Below, in pieces: positions 19,708 to 29,659 of a stretch of 64,000 nucleotides of DNA. This DNA comes from a virus: the IMG/VR virus record IMGVR_UViG_3300022752_000022, positions 1 through 64,000 of that record; one strand, written 5' to 3'. A program made the translations under genes and the position numbers. Positions within the stretch are counted from its first letter, which is position 1. The number at the start of each line of letters is the position of its first letter. Below the pieces are notes generated by a model. The model made no database searches. It saw only the letters and a program-made list of their open reading frames with translations, and was not told the origin of the DNA.

Positions 19708-22700
19708 ATGGCAACTAAAACTTGGATTGGTGCTGCTGGTGGTTTATATGCTACAACAACAAATTGGTCACCAACGGGGGTTCCAGCTGCTGCTGACGAT
19801 ATAGTTTTTACTGGCGACGCTACACCTAATGTCAGTACCACTGCCAGAACGGTAAGAAATCTCACTGTCAACAGCGGCACTGTAACATTTAGTGGTACTG
19901 GTGCATTTACCATACAAGGTGACATTAATAATAGTGGTACTCTGAACATGACTACCATGACAGTAAGTTTTACCGGTGGTAACAGTCAAACGCTAAATTT
20001 AGGCACAAACAGTTTTGCCAGTTGCACCATCAATAAAACTAATGGTACAAATCTTACTCTAGGTGCTGCATGGAATGTCACAGGAACTGCCACTGCCACA
20101 CTAACCGTCACAAATGGTAATTTATATACTCAAGGTTATACTGTAACTTGTAGAGTATTTACTGCCAGTGGAAATACAGATAGAACTATTGATCTAGCTA
20201 ATGGTGCCATTTATGTTACAGGATCTTCGGGAACCTTATGGAATACCAGTCACACCACTGCTGTGGGCACCGCTTGGACTAAATTTGCTAGAAGTGGTGC
20301 AGCTTATATTCAGCCTAGTAGTGGTACAGCAACCATAGTGGTAACGGGTGGCGGTATTGCTAGTAATTACACTGCTGGTGCAACATTCAATGGTGTACCT
20401 CCTACTTTTCAATTAGGCAATAATAGAAATTATACTGTAACTGGGCAATTTGAAGATTTAGAAGTCAACGGTAATTTTGCAGGAACTAGTACACCGCAGA
20501 TTTGGGGCAGTCTGACTGGCACACCTGTAAGTTATAATAATGTAACAACAACTAATCCTGTTATCATAGGTAGAACTGACGTAACACAAACCGTAAATTG
20601 GCTGGCACAGGTAACAAGTTATACAACTCAAAATCCACTAAGTGGTACGCCAACATTTTATTTTGTCTACGCTAGAGCGGTGACATTTACACTGAGCAGT
20701 AATACATCAACTTATTTTTTATGGATCGACGGCAACGACACCACTGGAGCACCATGGCAAACCGCAGCTTTCACAGTTGTATGTAGTGGAAATAATAGCA
20801 GTTATTATGAAAACATAATACGTTCTACTAGTACATTAACATATACTGCAAACGGTACAGGATCTACATATTTACATACAAATTTTTATGATAATAGTAC
20901 TACATCAGCATATACATTTGGTGGAGATTCCAGTACCGTACACAATATTGCCAGTAGTTTTAACACTATAGGAACAGTAAACTTCAACTTAGGTACCTTA
21001 AATCTTGCAGCATCAATGTACTGTAGAATATTTGCCAGTGCTACAGGTACTGGTGCTAGCGGTAATCAGAGAGTTTTTAATTTTCTTGGATATTGGATCT
21101 ACATCAATGGTAATCATAGATCCAGTACTAACGGCACGGGTACTCTTACGATTGCCACATTAAATAACACAGTATGTACATCAGACAGTGAAACACAAAA
21201 TGGTGGTTTTTGGCTACAGACTACAGGTACATGTACTACTGGTAGTTGGCAAGGTGCTTATGCTTTGAGGTTTAGAGTTGAGGCACTTGCAGGTACCACG
21301 CTCAATGCTTCTATCACTGGATGCAATCTACGCAGTCTTGAGTTTTATGGGTCAGTTAATTTTGCCGCAGCCCAAACCGTAAACTTAATCAATCCAGTTG
21401 CATCGATTACTTGGGATGAACAAGGCGCAGCATTTAATTTAACTAATCTTACAGCAACCATTGCTTCCTCTACTGGCGGCACTTTCACAATTTTACAAAA
21501 TGCTAGTTCGCTGGCAAATGCAAATTATAGACTAGGAACATTGAGTACTTTAAATACATCAATGGGTGACGATCAAACTTATGATATTATTGGATATGTA
21601 AGAACACTAAGTTTAACCAAAAATACTGGTACATTTAATTTAAATATCGACTATGCACAAGTTCTTACATGCAGTGGCGGTGCCGGAACAACTTACAATT
21701 ATCAGAGCGTTACTACTGCTAATCCTTTTACTGCAACCTGGACTCCAATAACAGGGACCAGTGTAGCTGCTGCTATAACAAAATTCCAAGTGCCTGTTAA
21801 ATCTACTAGTGGTAGTGGTACTGGTGCAACTTTCAATATAGCTAAAACTGGTACTGGCACAACATATAGTGGAATTACCGTTGCTAATCTAGGCAGCGAT
21901 TATGCCGTAGGCGACACTATTACTCTAAGTGGTGCCAATTTAGATGGTGTAGATGGGACTAATGATTTAACATTTACTGTAACTGCTGCTACAAAGAATA
22001 GCTTAGGAGGACAAGCAGCAGGTAGCACACCTGCAAGTATAAGTGGTACCGCAGTGAACACCGCTCAAACGAGAACCAATGTGCCAGTTAAATCAAGTAC
22101 AGGTGGTGGTGAAGACGCACTTTTTTCTGTAACAAAAACTGGTACTGGTGTTGTGTATTTTGGCGTTACTACTGCAACTCTTACGTCAGGTACTTATCCC
22201 GCAGACGGCAGCACTATAGTACTCAGCGGAGCTGATTTAGGTGGCGTAGATGGTACCAATGATCTAACTTTTACGTTTAGAACACCAGACACACAACATA
22301 TTCTCAACGCAATACAATGTCGAAATACTCTCGATTTTGTAGCCGGTGATCTTAATTTCGCTAATACAGTTAATACCTTAGTTAGTTTTACCAGCACTTA
22401 TACTAATCGAAGAACTATTGATTTTAATAGTTATACAATTCCGCTAAGTGGAACAGTTACGATTGGTAGTACTAGTCAAAATTTAACTATTCAAAATCCT
22501 GGCGGATTTGATATACTGAGCACAGGCACCACCATTAACACCAGTGGATTAAGTGCCACTGGTGACAATAATTTTGACGTACACTGGAGAAACAGTAATA
22601 CATTTACTACTGGCAGTGCGATAAGAAATCTCTATATTTATAGCGGTGCTATTTTAAGTACAACTAGCGCAATAACCGTTAATATTAGAGGCGTAGTTAC

Positions 22701-25700
22701 TAGTGGCGATGGCGGAGGAGGTACAGGACCTTTTACAGGCTTAACCATTAGTTTTCCTGCTGTTGCTAATCCAGGAGAGTTGTTCCAGCAATTTAACATA
22801 GAAACACCCACAGTAATACCCAGTGTTACTGTGTTAGGCACTTGTACCATAAATTCCATTAGAACAACCACGTTGACCCTAAATCCAGGACCCAACTACA
22901 CTGCCACTTTAGACAGTGGTGGACATGTTACCACACTAGTAACAACAGGCACTGGTGGAACAATTACACTGACTAATTTAAATGCTTTACAAACTCGACC
23001 AGCATCATTAACTTTTTCAGGTAATGCCATCTATAATTGTGTCGGTTTTTTTAGTACAACAGGTGGTATAAGTTGCGCTGGTACTAGTGATAATTGTGTT
23101 TATAATCTTCAGGGCGCATACTTAATAGGTACAGGCACAGCTAATAGATTGTTATTTGATGGTCGTGGAACACTTAATCTGAATAGTAATTTGCAAGTAG
23201 ACAGATTTGATATAACTAACGCTACTGTGCCTAGAACTTTAAACTTTAATAATAACCCGATTTATTTTGGTTATCCTGCAAGTATAAATTGCAATTTAAC
23301 TACAACTACAGTTATTGGACAAACTAATGATAGTGGCGGTATAATTATAGCCGGAACTGGTACCTTTACCAGCGCAGATAATGTAACTGTTACTATAAAT
23401 GGACAAACAGAAAGTAATGCTTTAAATTTAATCGTGTATTATGTTCCCGTTACATTGGCTGGAACTCTTGTTTATCGAACTCTACAGCCCAATTTAGGAA
23501 TAAAAAATACTACAGGTACTCTTACTGTTTATGGTAACTATCAATTAGGTTCGTATTATGGTACATCATTTTCTGGTGTTACTATTAATTTTGCAGGCAG
23601 TAATCCTAATCAAACTCAAGCTATACTCACATCTAATATGGGACCAAATACAGCTACTATGAGCGGTGCAAGCCCTAAATCATTAAAGGGTGAGAATTGG
23701 ATAAAAACTTTGACTACTCAAAATACTACTGTTATAGTACAAGCACTCACTAATCTATATTGTGACCAAATTATAGTTCAAGGAACAACTTTTAAGGTCG
23801 ATGGAACGATTTATACTAACTATTGGAATAATACCGATCCTAGTACTTATTATTGGCAAGGATCTGGATATTTACGTTTATTAAATCCACAAACAGTAAG
23901 TCCTGCAAATTATGGTTTTGCGGGCAATACCACCTGGACAAGTAACGAACTATTTAACAGTAGAAGTAGTCGTGGAGCTGGCACAGGACCTAATTTACTA
24001 TTGGAAAGTACTGTGCAACTTGCTGCTTCAACTACACAGGATCCACATCGTGTAAGATTTCTGCGTAGAACAAGTAATCCTGGTGCTGGGCAAAGTAATC
24101 CTATTAAAATAAGTCATTTTTATGAAGAGGCTAGCGGTAATGCTGGATTTGAACAATTAAATCTTATTTTTGATCCTAGTGCAAGTAGTCAAAATAATTT
24201 TATAATCAGTAGTACATATAATATGTCCACAAGCAGCAATGGTGGTAACCCAATTACTTTACAAAATATTTCTTCAAGCAATAGTACTATAACTATTCAT
24301 CCAACATCTCGTTATCTTTTTTTAAATAAGATTCAATTTAATGATACAGCAAATACTAGATTAATTACAAATTCAAAAAATCTAACTGTAGGAAAAATTA
24401 TTTGTGGTAATGCAGAATTTGGTAATAGTGTGGTTACACTCACTGGCGGTAATGATACTATTTTTGACACTGGGGTTGTAGCAGCAAATAGTGCTGTTAG
24501 TAGTGTAAAAAATTATAGCACATATTTTGAAAATGGCACTTACTTGTCTGCAACCCCGGCGGCAGGACAAAATAATCTGAGTAACGCTTCTTTTACAATA
24601 GAATGCTGGGTTTGGCTAGAGGATACGTATTCTGACCAAACTCGAATAATCGGTAAAGACGAGTTTTTATACAGATGGCAAATATTTTTACAAGAAAATA
24701 CAAACTATATTGGGTTTTTTTGGCAGGGACAATTATCGGACAGTTCAACAAGCGAACTTGTACCATATATGTGGAATCATATTGCAGTAACTTTTAATAA
24801 CTCTACTGGAATATTAACTATATATTTAAATGGTGTTAATATTTTTCAAACTAATATTGGTGGTTTATCAGATACTAACGACAGCATAGCAATTGGTGGA
24901 GGTGATAATTTTAAAGGTTTCATAAAAGACGTAAGAATTGTAAAAAATGCTGTAGTTTATGCAAACAATTTTGCTAATAATTTACCTACACAACCACTAG
25001 AAATTCACAGCTCAGGAAATACACTACTATTAACTTGTCAAAATAGTACTTTTATAGATAATAGCACTAATCCAGCAACTTTAACTCCATCTACGAACCC
25101 CTCACCTCCTATCACCTATCTATTTTCGCCCACACCATTTGCTAGTCAATCTGAGATTGTAACAACAGGCCCAGGCAATAAAAATTTTGTTGTTCGAGAC
25201 AATAATCTAAATATAGTTACAAATGATAGCGCATTTTCACATACTGGCAGTGGTGATGGTATAGGTTGGTTAAATTTAGTACATACTGAGCCTAGAACAA
25301 TTGGCACTGTACGAACAAGTAGTGGCAACTTTTCTAAAGCCATAGCCAGTTCCGCCGTTTCAAAAAGCACAATATCTGCTAATACAGTTTATCCTAGTAG
25401 AACTACAGTTAGTGAAGGAGATACTATTACTTGGTATGTAATAACTAATAATATGGCAGATAATACTAGGCTTTATTGGACTGATAGTGGTACTACTAAT
25501 AGCAGTGATTGGGGTGATGATGCTACATCAGGCGATTTTATTGTTGTTAATAATGTGGCAACAATTACTAGAACTGTGGCTTTAGATTTAGACTCAGAAA
25601 GCACTGAAACTACTATTTTAAATATTAGAACAGGCAGTACTAGTGGTCCTATAATTGCTACAAGCGCCACAGTAGATATTTTAAATAAAACAATAACAGT

Positions 25701-26328
25701 GTCAGTTACACCTTCTTCTACAACAGTCAATGAAGGAGATACAATTACATGGACTGTTACAACTACTAATGTTACAGATGGCACAACACTTTACTGGACT
25801 GATAGTGCCCTTGGTACTACTAATAGTAGTGATTGGGTCGATGGAAACACATCAGGTAGTTTTGTTGTTAATAATAATGCGGCGACAATTAGTAGAACTT
25901 TACTTTTAGATTTTAACTCAGAAAGTACTGATACAAGTGTATTACGTATTAGACTAAAAAGTACCAGTTTGACTTCCGCCGCTATAAGTAATGCGGTAAA
26001 TATTTTAAATGCAACATTAACAGTAACACCTTCTTCTACAACAGTCAATGAAGGCAATACAATTACATGGACTGTTACGACTACTAATGTTACGGATGGT
26101 ACCACACTTTACTGGACTGATAGTGGTAGTACTAGTAGTAGTGATTGGGTTGGTGGAAACACATCAGGTAGTTTTGTTGTTAGTAATAATACAGCGACAA
26201 TAACTAGAACTGTGGCTTTAGATGCCTTATCAGAAGGTACTGAAACTAGTATTTTAAATATTAGAACAGGCAGTACTAGTGGTCCTATATTTGCTACAAG
26301 TAATACAGTAAATATTTTAAATGCTTAA
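19708..26328 (+). CDS. 2206-aa adhesin-like virion protein (beta-solenoid, LamG/concanavalin domain, three Calx-beta/Ig-like repeats)
   Basis: T/G/N/S-rich. FTIECWVW..WNHIAVT..IYLNG..FKGFIKDVRIVK LamG motif (~24510-25140). Three VTPSSTTVNEGxTITWTVTTTNVTDGTTLYWT-type repeats (~25390-26325). Confidence 0.8.
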   Translation: MATKTWIGAAGGLYATTTNWSPTGVPAAADDIVFTGDATPNVSTTARTVRNLTVNSGTVTFSGTGAFTIQGDINNSGTLNMTTMTVSFTGGNSQTLNLGTNSFASCTINKTNGTNLTLGAAWNVTGTATATLTVTNGNLYTQGYTVTCRVFTASGNTDRTIDLANGAIYVTGSSGTLWNTSHTTAVGTAWTKFARSGAAYIQPSSGTATIVVTGGGIASNYTAGATFNGVPPTFQLGNNRNYTVTGQFEDLEVNGNFAGTSTPQIWGSLTGTPVSYNNVTTTNPVIIGRTDVTQTVNWLAQVTSYTTQNPLSGTPTFYFVYARAVTFTLSSNTSTYFLWIDGNDTTGAPWQTAAFTVVCSGNNSSYYENIIRSTSTLTYTANGTGSTYLHTNFYDNSTTSAYTFGGDSSTVHNIASSFNTIGTVNFNLGTLNLAASMYCRIFASATGTGASGNQRVFNFLGYWIYINGNHRSSTNGTGTLTIATLNNTVCTSDSETQNGGFWLQTTGTCTTGSWQGAYALRFRVEALAGTTLNASITGCNLRSLEFYGSVNFAAAQTVNLINPVASITWDEQGAAFNLTNLTATIASSTGGTFTILQNASSLANANYRLGTLSTLNTSMGDDQTYDIIGYVRTLSLTKNTGTFNLNIDYAQVLTCSGGAGTTYNYQSVTTANPFTATWTPITGTSVAAAITKFQVPVKSTSGSGTGATFNIAKTGTGTTYSGITVANLGSDYAVGDTITLSGANLDGVDGTNDLTFTVTAATKNSLGGQAAGSTPASISGTAVNTAQTRTNVPVKSSTGGGEDALFSVTKTGTGVVYFGVTTATLTSGTYPADGSTIVLSGADLGGVDGTNDLTFTFRTPDTQHILNAIQCRNTLDFVAGDLNFANTVNTLVSFTSTYTNRRTIDFNSYTIPLSGTVTIGSTSQNLTIQNPGGFDILSTGTTINTSGLSATGDNNFDVHWRNSNTFTTGSAIRNLYIYSGAILSTTSAITVNIRGVVTSGDGGGGTGPFTGLTISFPAVANPGELFQQFNIETPTVIPSVTVLGTCTINSIRTTTLTLNPGPNYTATLDSGGHVTTLVTTGTGGTITLTNLNALQTRPASLTFSGNAIYNCVGFFSTTGGISCAGTSDNCVYNLQGAYLIGTGTANRLLFDGRGTLNLNSNLQVDRFDITNATVPRTLNFNNNPIYFGYPASINCNLTTTTVIGQTNDSGGIIIAGTGTFTSADNVTVTINGQTESNALNLIVYYVPVTLAGTLVYRTLQPNLGIKNTTGTLTVYGNYQLGSYYGTSFSGVTINFAGSNPNQTQAILTSNMGPNTATMSGASPKSLKGENWIKTLTTQNTTVIVQALTNLYCDQIIVQGTTFKVDGTIYTNYWNNTDPSTYYWQGSGYLRLLNPQTVSPANYGFAGNTTWTSNELFNSRSSRGAGTGPNLLLESTVQLAASTTQDPHRVRFLRRTSNPGAGQSNPIKISHFYEEASGNAGFEQLNLIFDPSASSQNNFIISSTYNMSTSSNGGNPITLQNISSSNSTITIHPTSRYLFLNKIQFNDTANTRLITNSKNLTVGKIICGNAEFGNSVVTLTGGNDTIFDTGVVAANSAVSSVKNYSTYFENGTYLSATPAAGQNNLSNASFTIECWVWLEDTYSDQTRIIGKDEFLYRWQIFLQENTNYIGFFWQGQLSDSSTSELVPYMWNHIAVTFNNSTGILTIYLNGVNIFQTNIGGLSDTNDSIAIGGGDNFKGFIKDVRIVKNAVVYANNFANNLPTQPLEIHSSGNTLLLTCQNSTFIDNSTNPATLTPSTNPSPPITYLFSPTPFASQSEIVTTGPGNKNFVVRDNNLNIVTNDSAFSHTGSGDGIGWLNLVHTEPRTIGTVRTSSGNFSKAIASSAVSKSTISANTVYPSRTTVSEGDTITWYVITNNMADNTRLYWTDSGTTNSSDWGDDATSGDFIVVNNVATITRTVALDLDSESTETTILNIRTGSTSGPIIATSATVDILNKTITVSVTPSSTTVNEGDTITWTVTTTNVTDGTTLYWTDSALGTTNSSDWVDGNTSGSFVVNNNAATISRTLLLDFNSESTDTSVLRIRLKSTSLTSAAISNAVNILNATLTVTPSSTTVNEGNTITWTVTTTNVTDGTTLYWTDSGSTSSSDWVGGNTSGSFVVSNNTATITRTVALDALSEGTETSILNIRTGSTSGPIFATSNTVNILNA

Positions 26329-26336
26329 AAAATATT

Positions 26337-26603
26337 ATGGCAATTACAATAAACAATTTACAAATTTCAGGCACTAGTAATAATCAAAACTACATTGAAG
26401 GTAATTGGACTCAAAATGATTCGGTTACCGCAATGAATTTTAGTTACTTAAGTGTTGCAAATAGTGCAGTTTCAGGAGGTGCACCTCCAGGATGGTATGC
26501 ACTGACAACGAATGGTGGAGTTAATTATGGAAATACTTCTGGATGGATTTTTAGTACTCAAGTCACAAGTTTTTCTTCAGGCAACTTTATATTATTTTTC
26601 TAA
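26337..26603 (+). CDS. Small protein resembling a detached adhesin C-terminal cap
   Basis: YLSVANSAVSGG..WYA..GGVNYGNTSGWIF..GNFILFF. Confidence 0.55.
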   Translation: MAITINNLQISGTSNNQNYIEGNWTQNDSVTAMNFSYLSVANSAVSGGAPPGWYALTTNGGVNYGNTSGWIFSTQVTSFSSGNFILFF

Positions 26604-26621
26604 GTTGCAAAGTGATAAATT

Positions 26622-26629
26622 TATAAATA
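26622..26629 (+). promoter_or_regulatory. T4-type late promoter
   Basis: TATAAATA upstream of the prohead core genes. Confidence 0.8.
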
Positions 26630-26651
26630 TATTGAAATGGGAGAATCATCA

Positions 26652-26876
26652 ATGGATCATATAAAGAATGCTATAGAATTCGCAGCACAATCAAAAGCAA
26701 TTGATTTTAAAGATTCTATTTACAGTGCGCTTGCTGATAAAATACAAGATGCGATGCTATTGAAAAAAATGGAAATAGGGTCAAAAATACTTTCAGAACC
26801 AGAAGAGTCTGAAATTGAAGATTCAGAATCATCAAATCAAATAGACACCGAGGAAAATGTCGATGAAAACCTTTAA
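26652..26876 (+). CDS. gp67: Prohead core protein, gp67-like
   Basis: Small, helical, with an acidic tail (ALADKIQDAMLLKKMEIG); position before gp68/gp21. Confidence 0.6.
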   Translation: MDHIKNAIEFAAQSKAIDFKDSIYSALADKIQDAMLLKKMEIGSKILSEPEESEIEDSESSNQIDTEENVDENL

Positions 26877-27420
26877 ATCTTATATTTCAGAGATTGAACA
26901 AGTTGATGAAGAACCTGGCTCACAAAGTCATCAAGCAAAAACAACTCTGAAACATATTAAATCAGGCACAGTTAGACAGAATCGTGGCGACAAAGCTGAC
27001 GCTGCAAAAATCAAATCAGGCACTAGCGACTATGCATCAAGACATGCTATGTTAACTAGAGCGAAGAAAGAAGGCCGTTTAAAAGAAGATCAGCAAGTTG
27101 ATGAAGCAGATTTCACTAAACAACAAACAAAAATGGCTCACACCATTGGCAAAGAATTTGAGAAAAAAGGTGTTGGTTACAAATATAAAGGTGGTCCATA
27201 TGCAGTTGCATCAGCGATGGTGCGTGATAAACCTGAAGCAGCAGCAAAGGCATACAAGACAATTAAAGGCAAAATGAAAGAACAATCTGAAGTTGATGCG
27301 CTTTTCAATCTTTATACCGAATTAAATGAAGAAAATCAAGAAATCTTCATGTTGCAATTGGAAGAGAATCCAGAAGCACTGATTGATTTCATTAATTCAT
27401 TGGAAGACACAAATGGCTGA
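26857..27420 (+). CDS. Putative internal head/prohead protein
   Basis: MKTFKSYISE resembles the T4 capsid-targeting sequence MKTYQEFIAE; several V/L-x-E potential gp21 cleavage sites. Confidence 0.6.
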   Translation: MSMKTFKSYISEIEQVDEEPGSQSHQAKTTLKHIKSGTVRQNRGDKADAAKIKSGTSDYASRHAMLTRAKKEGRLKEDQQVDEADFTKQQTKMAHTIGKEFEKKGVGYKYKGGPYAVASAMVRDKPEAAAKAYKTIKGKMKEQSEVDALFNLYTELNEENQEIFMLQLEENPEALIDFINSLEDTNG

Positions 27421-27874
27421 TACAGTAACATCACAAAAATTAAAAGATCATGCAACAGCATGGGCATATAAATTTACGAACATTTCCGATGGCACAGGCG
27501 AAACAAATGTTGTAAAAGTGAGTGCAAATACATTAGTCGCTTCAGACGGAGATGGTTCATCACAACGATTGACAATTAATAAAATATTCTGGAATGTAAG
27601 TTCTGGTACAACTCCGACATATACTCCAAGAGTTAATTTGCTTTGGAGAGGATCAACAAATACGTTGATTACAACATTGTCTGGATCTGGTTACTGGGAC
27701 TTGTCAACAAGTGGTCAAGCGCCGCTAATTAATAATGCTCCAGCTGCAAATGGTGATATACTTATTACAACAAATGGTTTCACTGCAAGTGCTGGATACA
27801 CAATCATTCTTGAAGGTAAGAAGACTGCTGGATATTCAAGCCGCGAAACAACTGACGATGGTATATCGCCATAA
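27413..27874 (+). CDS. Conserved T4-like structural hypothetical protein
   Basis: MADTVTSQ..KFTNISDGTGETNVVKV..GDILITT motif; lies in the head gene cluster. Confidence 0.65.
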   Translation: MADTVTSQKLKDHATAWAYKFTNISDGTGETNVVKVSANTLVASDGDGSSQRLTINKIFWNVSSGTTPTYTPRVNLLWRGSTNTLITTLSGSGYWDLSTSGQAPLINNAPAANGDILITTNGFTASAGYTIILEGKKTAGYSSRETTDDGISP

Positions 27875-27876
27875 AA

Positions 27877-28146
27877 ATGATTCGCTTTAAACAATTCTTA
27901 GAAGAAGGATCAACGATTAAAACAAATCGTGTGCGAAATCAAAAACTTCAAAGAAGACGAATCGTTTCATTGCGCCCTGGATATCGTGTACAGAATGGTA
28001 AGCTAGTTCGTATGTCACAGAAAGAAAGAATGGCTAGACATAGGGCTCAAGTAGTAGGCGCAAGAAAAAGAAAACCAATGCTAAGACAAATACTCAGAAA
28101 AAGAAATCTTTCAATGAGAGTTAGAACAAGATCGGGGTTAAAATGA
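27877..28146 (+). CDS. gp68: Prohead core protein, gp68-like
   Basis: Highly basic (RMSQKERMAR..ARKRK..RKRNLSMRVR); overlaps the gp21 start. Confidence 0.7.
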   Translation: MIRFKQFLEEGSTIKTNRVRNQKLQRRRIVSLRPGYRVQNGKLVRMSQKERMARHRAQVVGARKRKPMLRQILRKRNLSMRVRTRSGLK

Positions 28147-28790
28147 AACTTATCACAGAAATAAACGAACAAGTTAATATCATCAATGAAGCAACAGAAA
28201 GTGGTAAAAAGGATTTCTTCATTGAAGGTGTTTTTCTTCAAGCAGAATTGAAAAATCGTAACGGTAGAATTTATCCATTACAAGTCATGGAACGTGAAGT
28301 AAATCGGTACATGAATGAGTATGTAAATAAAAATAGAGCATACGGAGAACTTGGTCATCCTTCAGGGCCAACAATCAATCTTGAGCGTGTATCACACATG
28401 ACAAAGAGCATTCGAAAAGAAGGTTCTGATTATATCGGTAGAGCGAAAATCATGGATACACCATATGGCAACATCGTTAAAAATCTTATGTCAGAAGGCG
28501 CTACACTCGGTGTTTCATCGAGAGGCATGGGATCACTTAAAGAAAAGAACGGTGTAATGGAAGTACAAGATGATTTTTGGTTAGCGACAGCAGCAGATAT
28601 TGTGGCAGATCCATCCGCGCCTGATGCATTTGTTCGTGGTATCATGGAAGGTAAAGAATGGGTTTGGGATAATGGCATCATCAAAGAAATGGAAGTTGAT
28701 TCGTACAAAAAGACTATTCAAAAAACAACTGCAAAAGACTTAGAAAAAGTTCAAATGCGTGTATTTGAAGACTTTATTTCAAAACTATGA
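28143..28790 (+). CDS. gp21: Prohead protease gp21
   Basis: NRNGRIYP, AYGELGHP, GVSSRGMGS, DIVADPSAPDAFV motifs. Confidence 0.96.
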   Translation: MKLITEINEQVNIINEATESGKKDFFIEGVFLQAELKNRNGRIYPLQVMEREVNRYMNEYVNKNRAYGELGHPSGPTINLERVSHMTKSIRKEGSDYIGRAKIMDTPYGNIVKNLMSEGATLGVSSRGMGSLKEKNGVMEVQDDFWLATAADIVADPSAPDAFVRGIMEGKEWVWDNGIIKEMEVDSYKKTIQKTTAKDLEKVQMRVFEDFISKL

Positions 28791-28794
28791 TTTT

Positions 28795-28802
28795 TATAAA
28801 TA
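28795..28802 (+). promoter_or_regulatory. T4-type late promoter
   Basis: TATAAATA upstream of gp22. Confidence 0.85.
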
Positions 28803-28844
28803 TATTACAAATTGATTTATTCAATATACGCAAAGGAGAAACCC

Positions 28845-29600
28845 ATGGGTGTTGAGAAAAAAGAGATTTCTGAAAATGAAGACATGGAAAAAGAAATGGA
28901 CGATGTATCCATGATTTTTTCAGGCGAAGAACTTTCAGAAGAATTTAAAGAAAAAGCAAAAGCTATTTTTGAAGCAGCCGTTTTATCTAAAGTAGAAGAA
29001 AAACATGCAGAACTTCAAGAAGAATTTGAACAAAAACTTCAAGAAGCACAAAAAGAATTTACAGATGGTATGGTGTCTAAAATCGATGAATATTTAGACT
29101 ACGTTGTTTCTGAGTGGATGGAAGACAACAAACTTGCAATTGAAAAAGGTCTTAAAGCTGAACTCGTTGAAGATTTCATGGTCGGCTTGAAAAATTTATT
29201 CGCAGAGCATTATGTTGACATTCCTGAAGATAAAGTTGATGTGGTTGAAGAATTCGCAGAAAGAATTGATGCGATGGAACAAGAATTAAACACAGCAGTT
29301 TCAGAGAATGTTTCGCTTCGTTCTGAAATTAATAATTTCAAAAAAGATAAAATTGTTCATGAAGTTGCTGAAGGTCTAACAGATGTCCAAATTGCTAAAT
29401 TAAATTCTCTTTCAGAAAATGTAGAATTCATTTCAGAAGAAGATTACAAAGAAAAAATCGTTATGATTAAAAAGAAATACTTTGAATCTGATTCGATCAC
29501 AGAAAAGAAAGAAGAAGATGATACACAGCAATTAGATGAAGCATATAGTCCGTTGATGCAGCATTACGTCAATAGCATCTCACGTACACTCAGAAAATAA
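28845..29600 (+). CDS. gp22: Prohead scaffold gp22
   Basis: LSEEFKEKAKAIFEAAV, IDEYLDYVVSEW, LFAEHYVDIPEDKVD motifs; AAGGAG RBS before the ATG at 28845. Confidence 0.93.
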   Translation: MGVEKKEISENEDMEKEMDDVSMIFSGEELSEEFKEKAKAIFEAAVLSKVEEKHAELQEEFEQKLQEAQKEFTDGMVSKIDEYLDYVVSEWMEDNKLAIEKGLKAELVEDFMVGLKNLFAEHYVDIPEDKVDVVEEFAERIDAMEQELNTAVSENVSLRSEINNFKKDKIVHEVAEGLTDVQIAKLNSLSENVEFISEEDYKEKIVMIKKKYFESDSITEKKEEDDTQQLDEAYSPLMQHYVNSISRTLRK

Positions 29601-29606
29601 GTTTTT

Positions 29607-29614
29607 TATAAATA
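29607..29614 (+). promoter_or_regulatory. T4-type late promoter
   Basis: TATAAATA upstream of gp23. Confidence 0.88.
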
Positions 29615-29659
29615 AAAAAAGAGTTTAAAAAATACTCATTCGATTAAGGAGAAAGAGAA

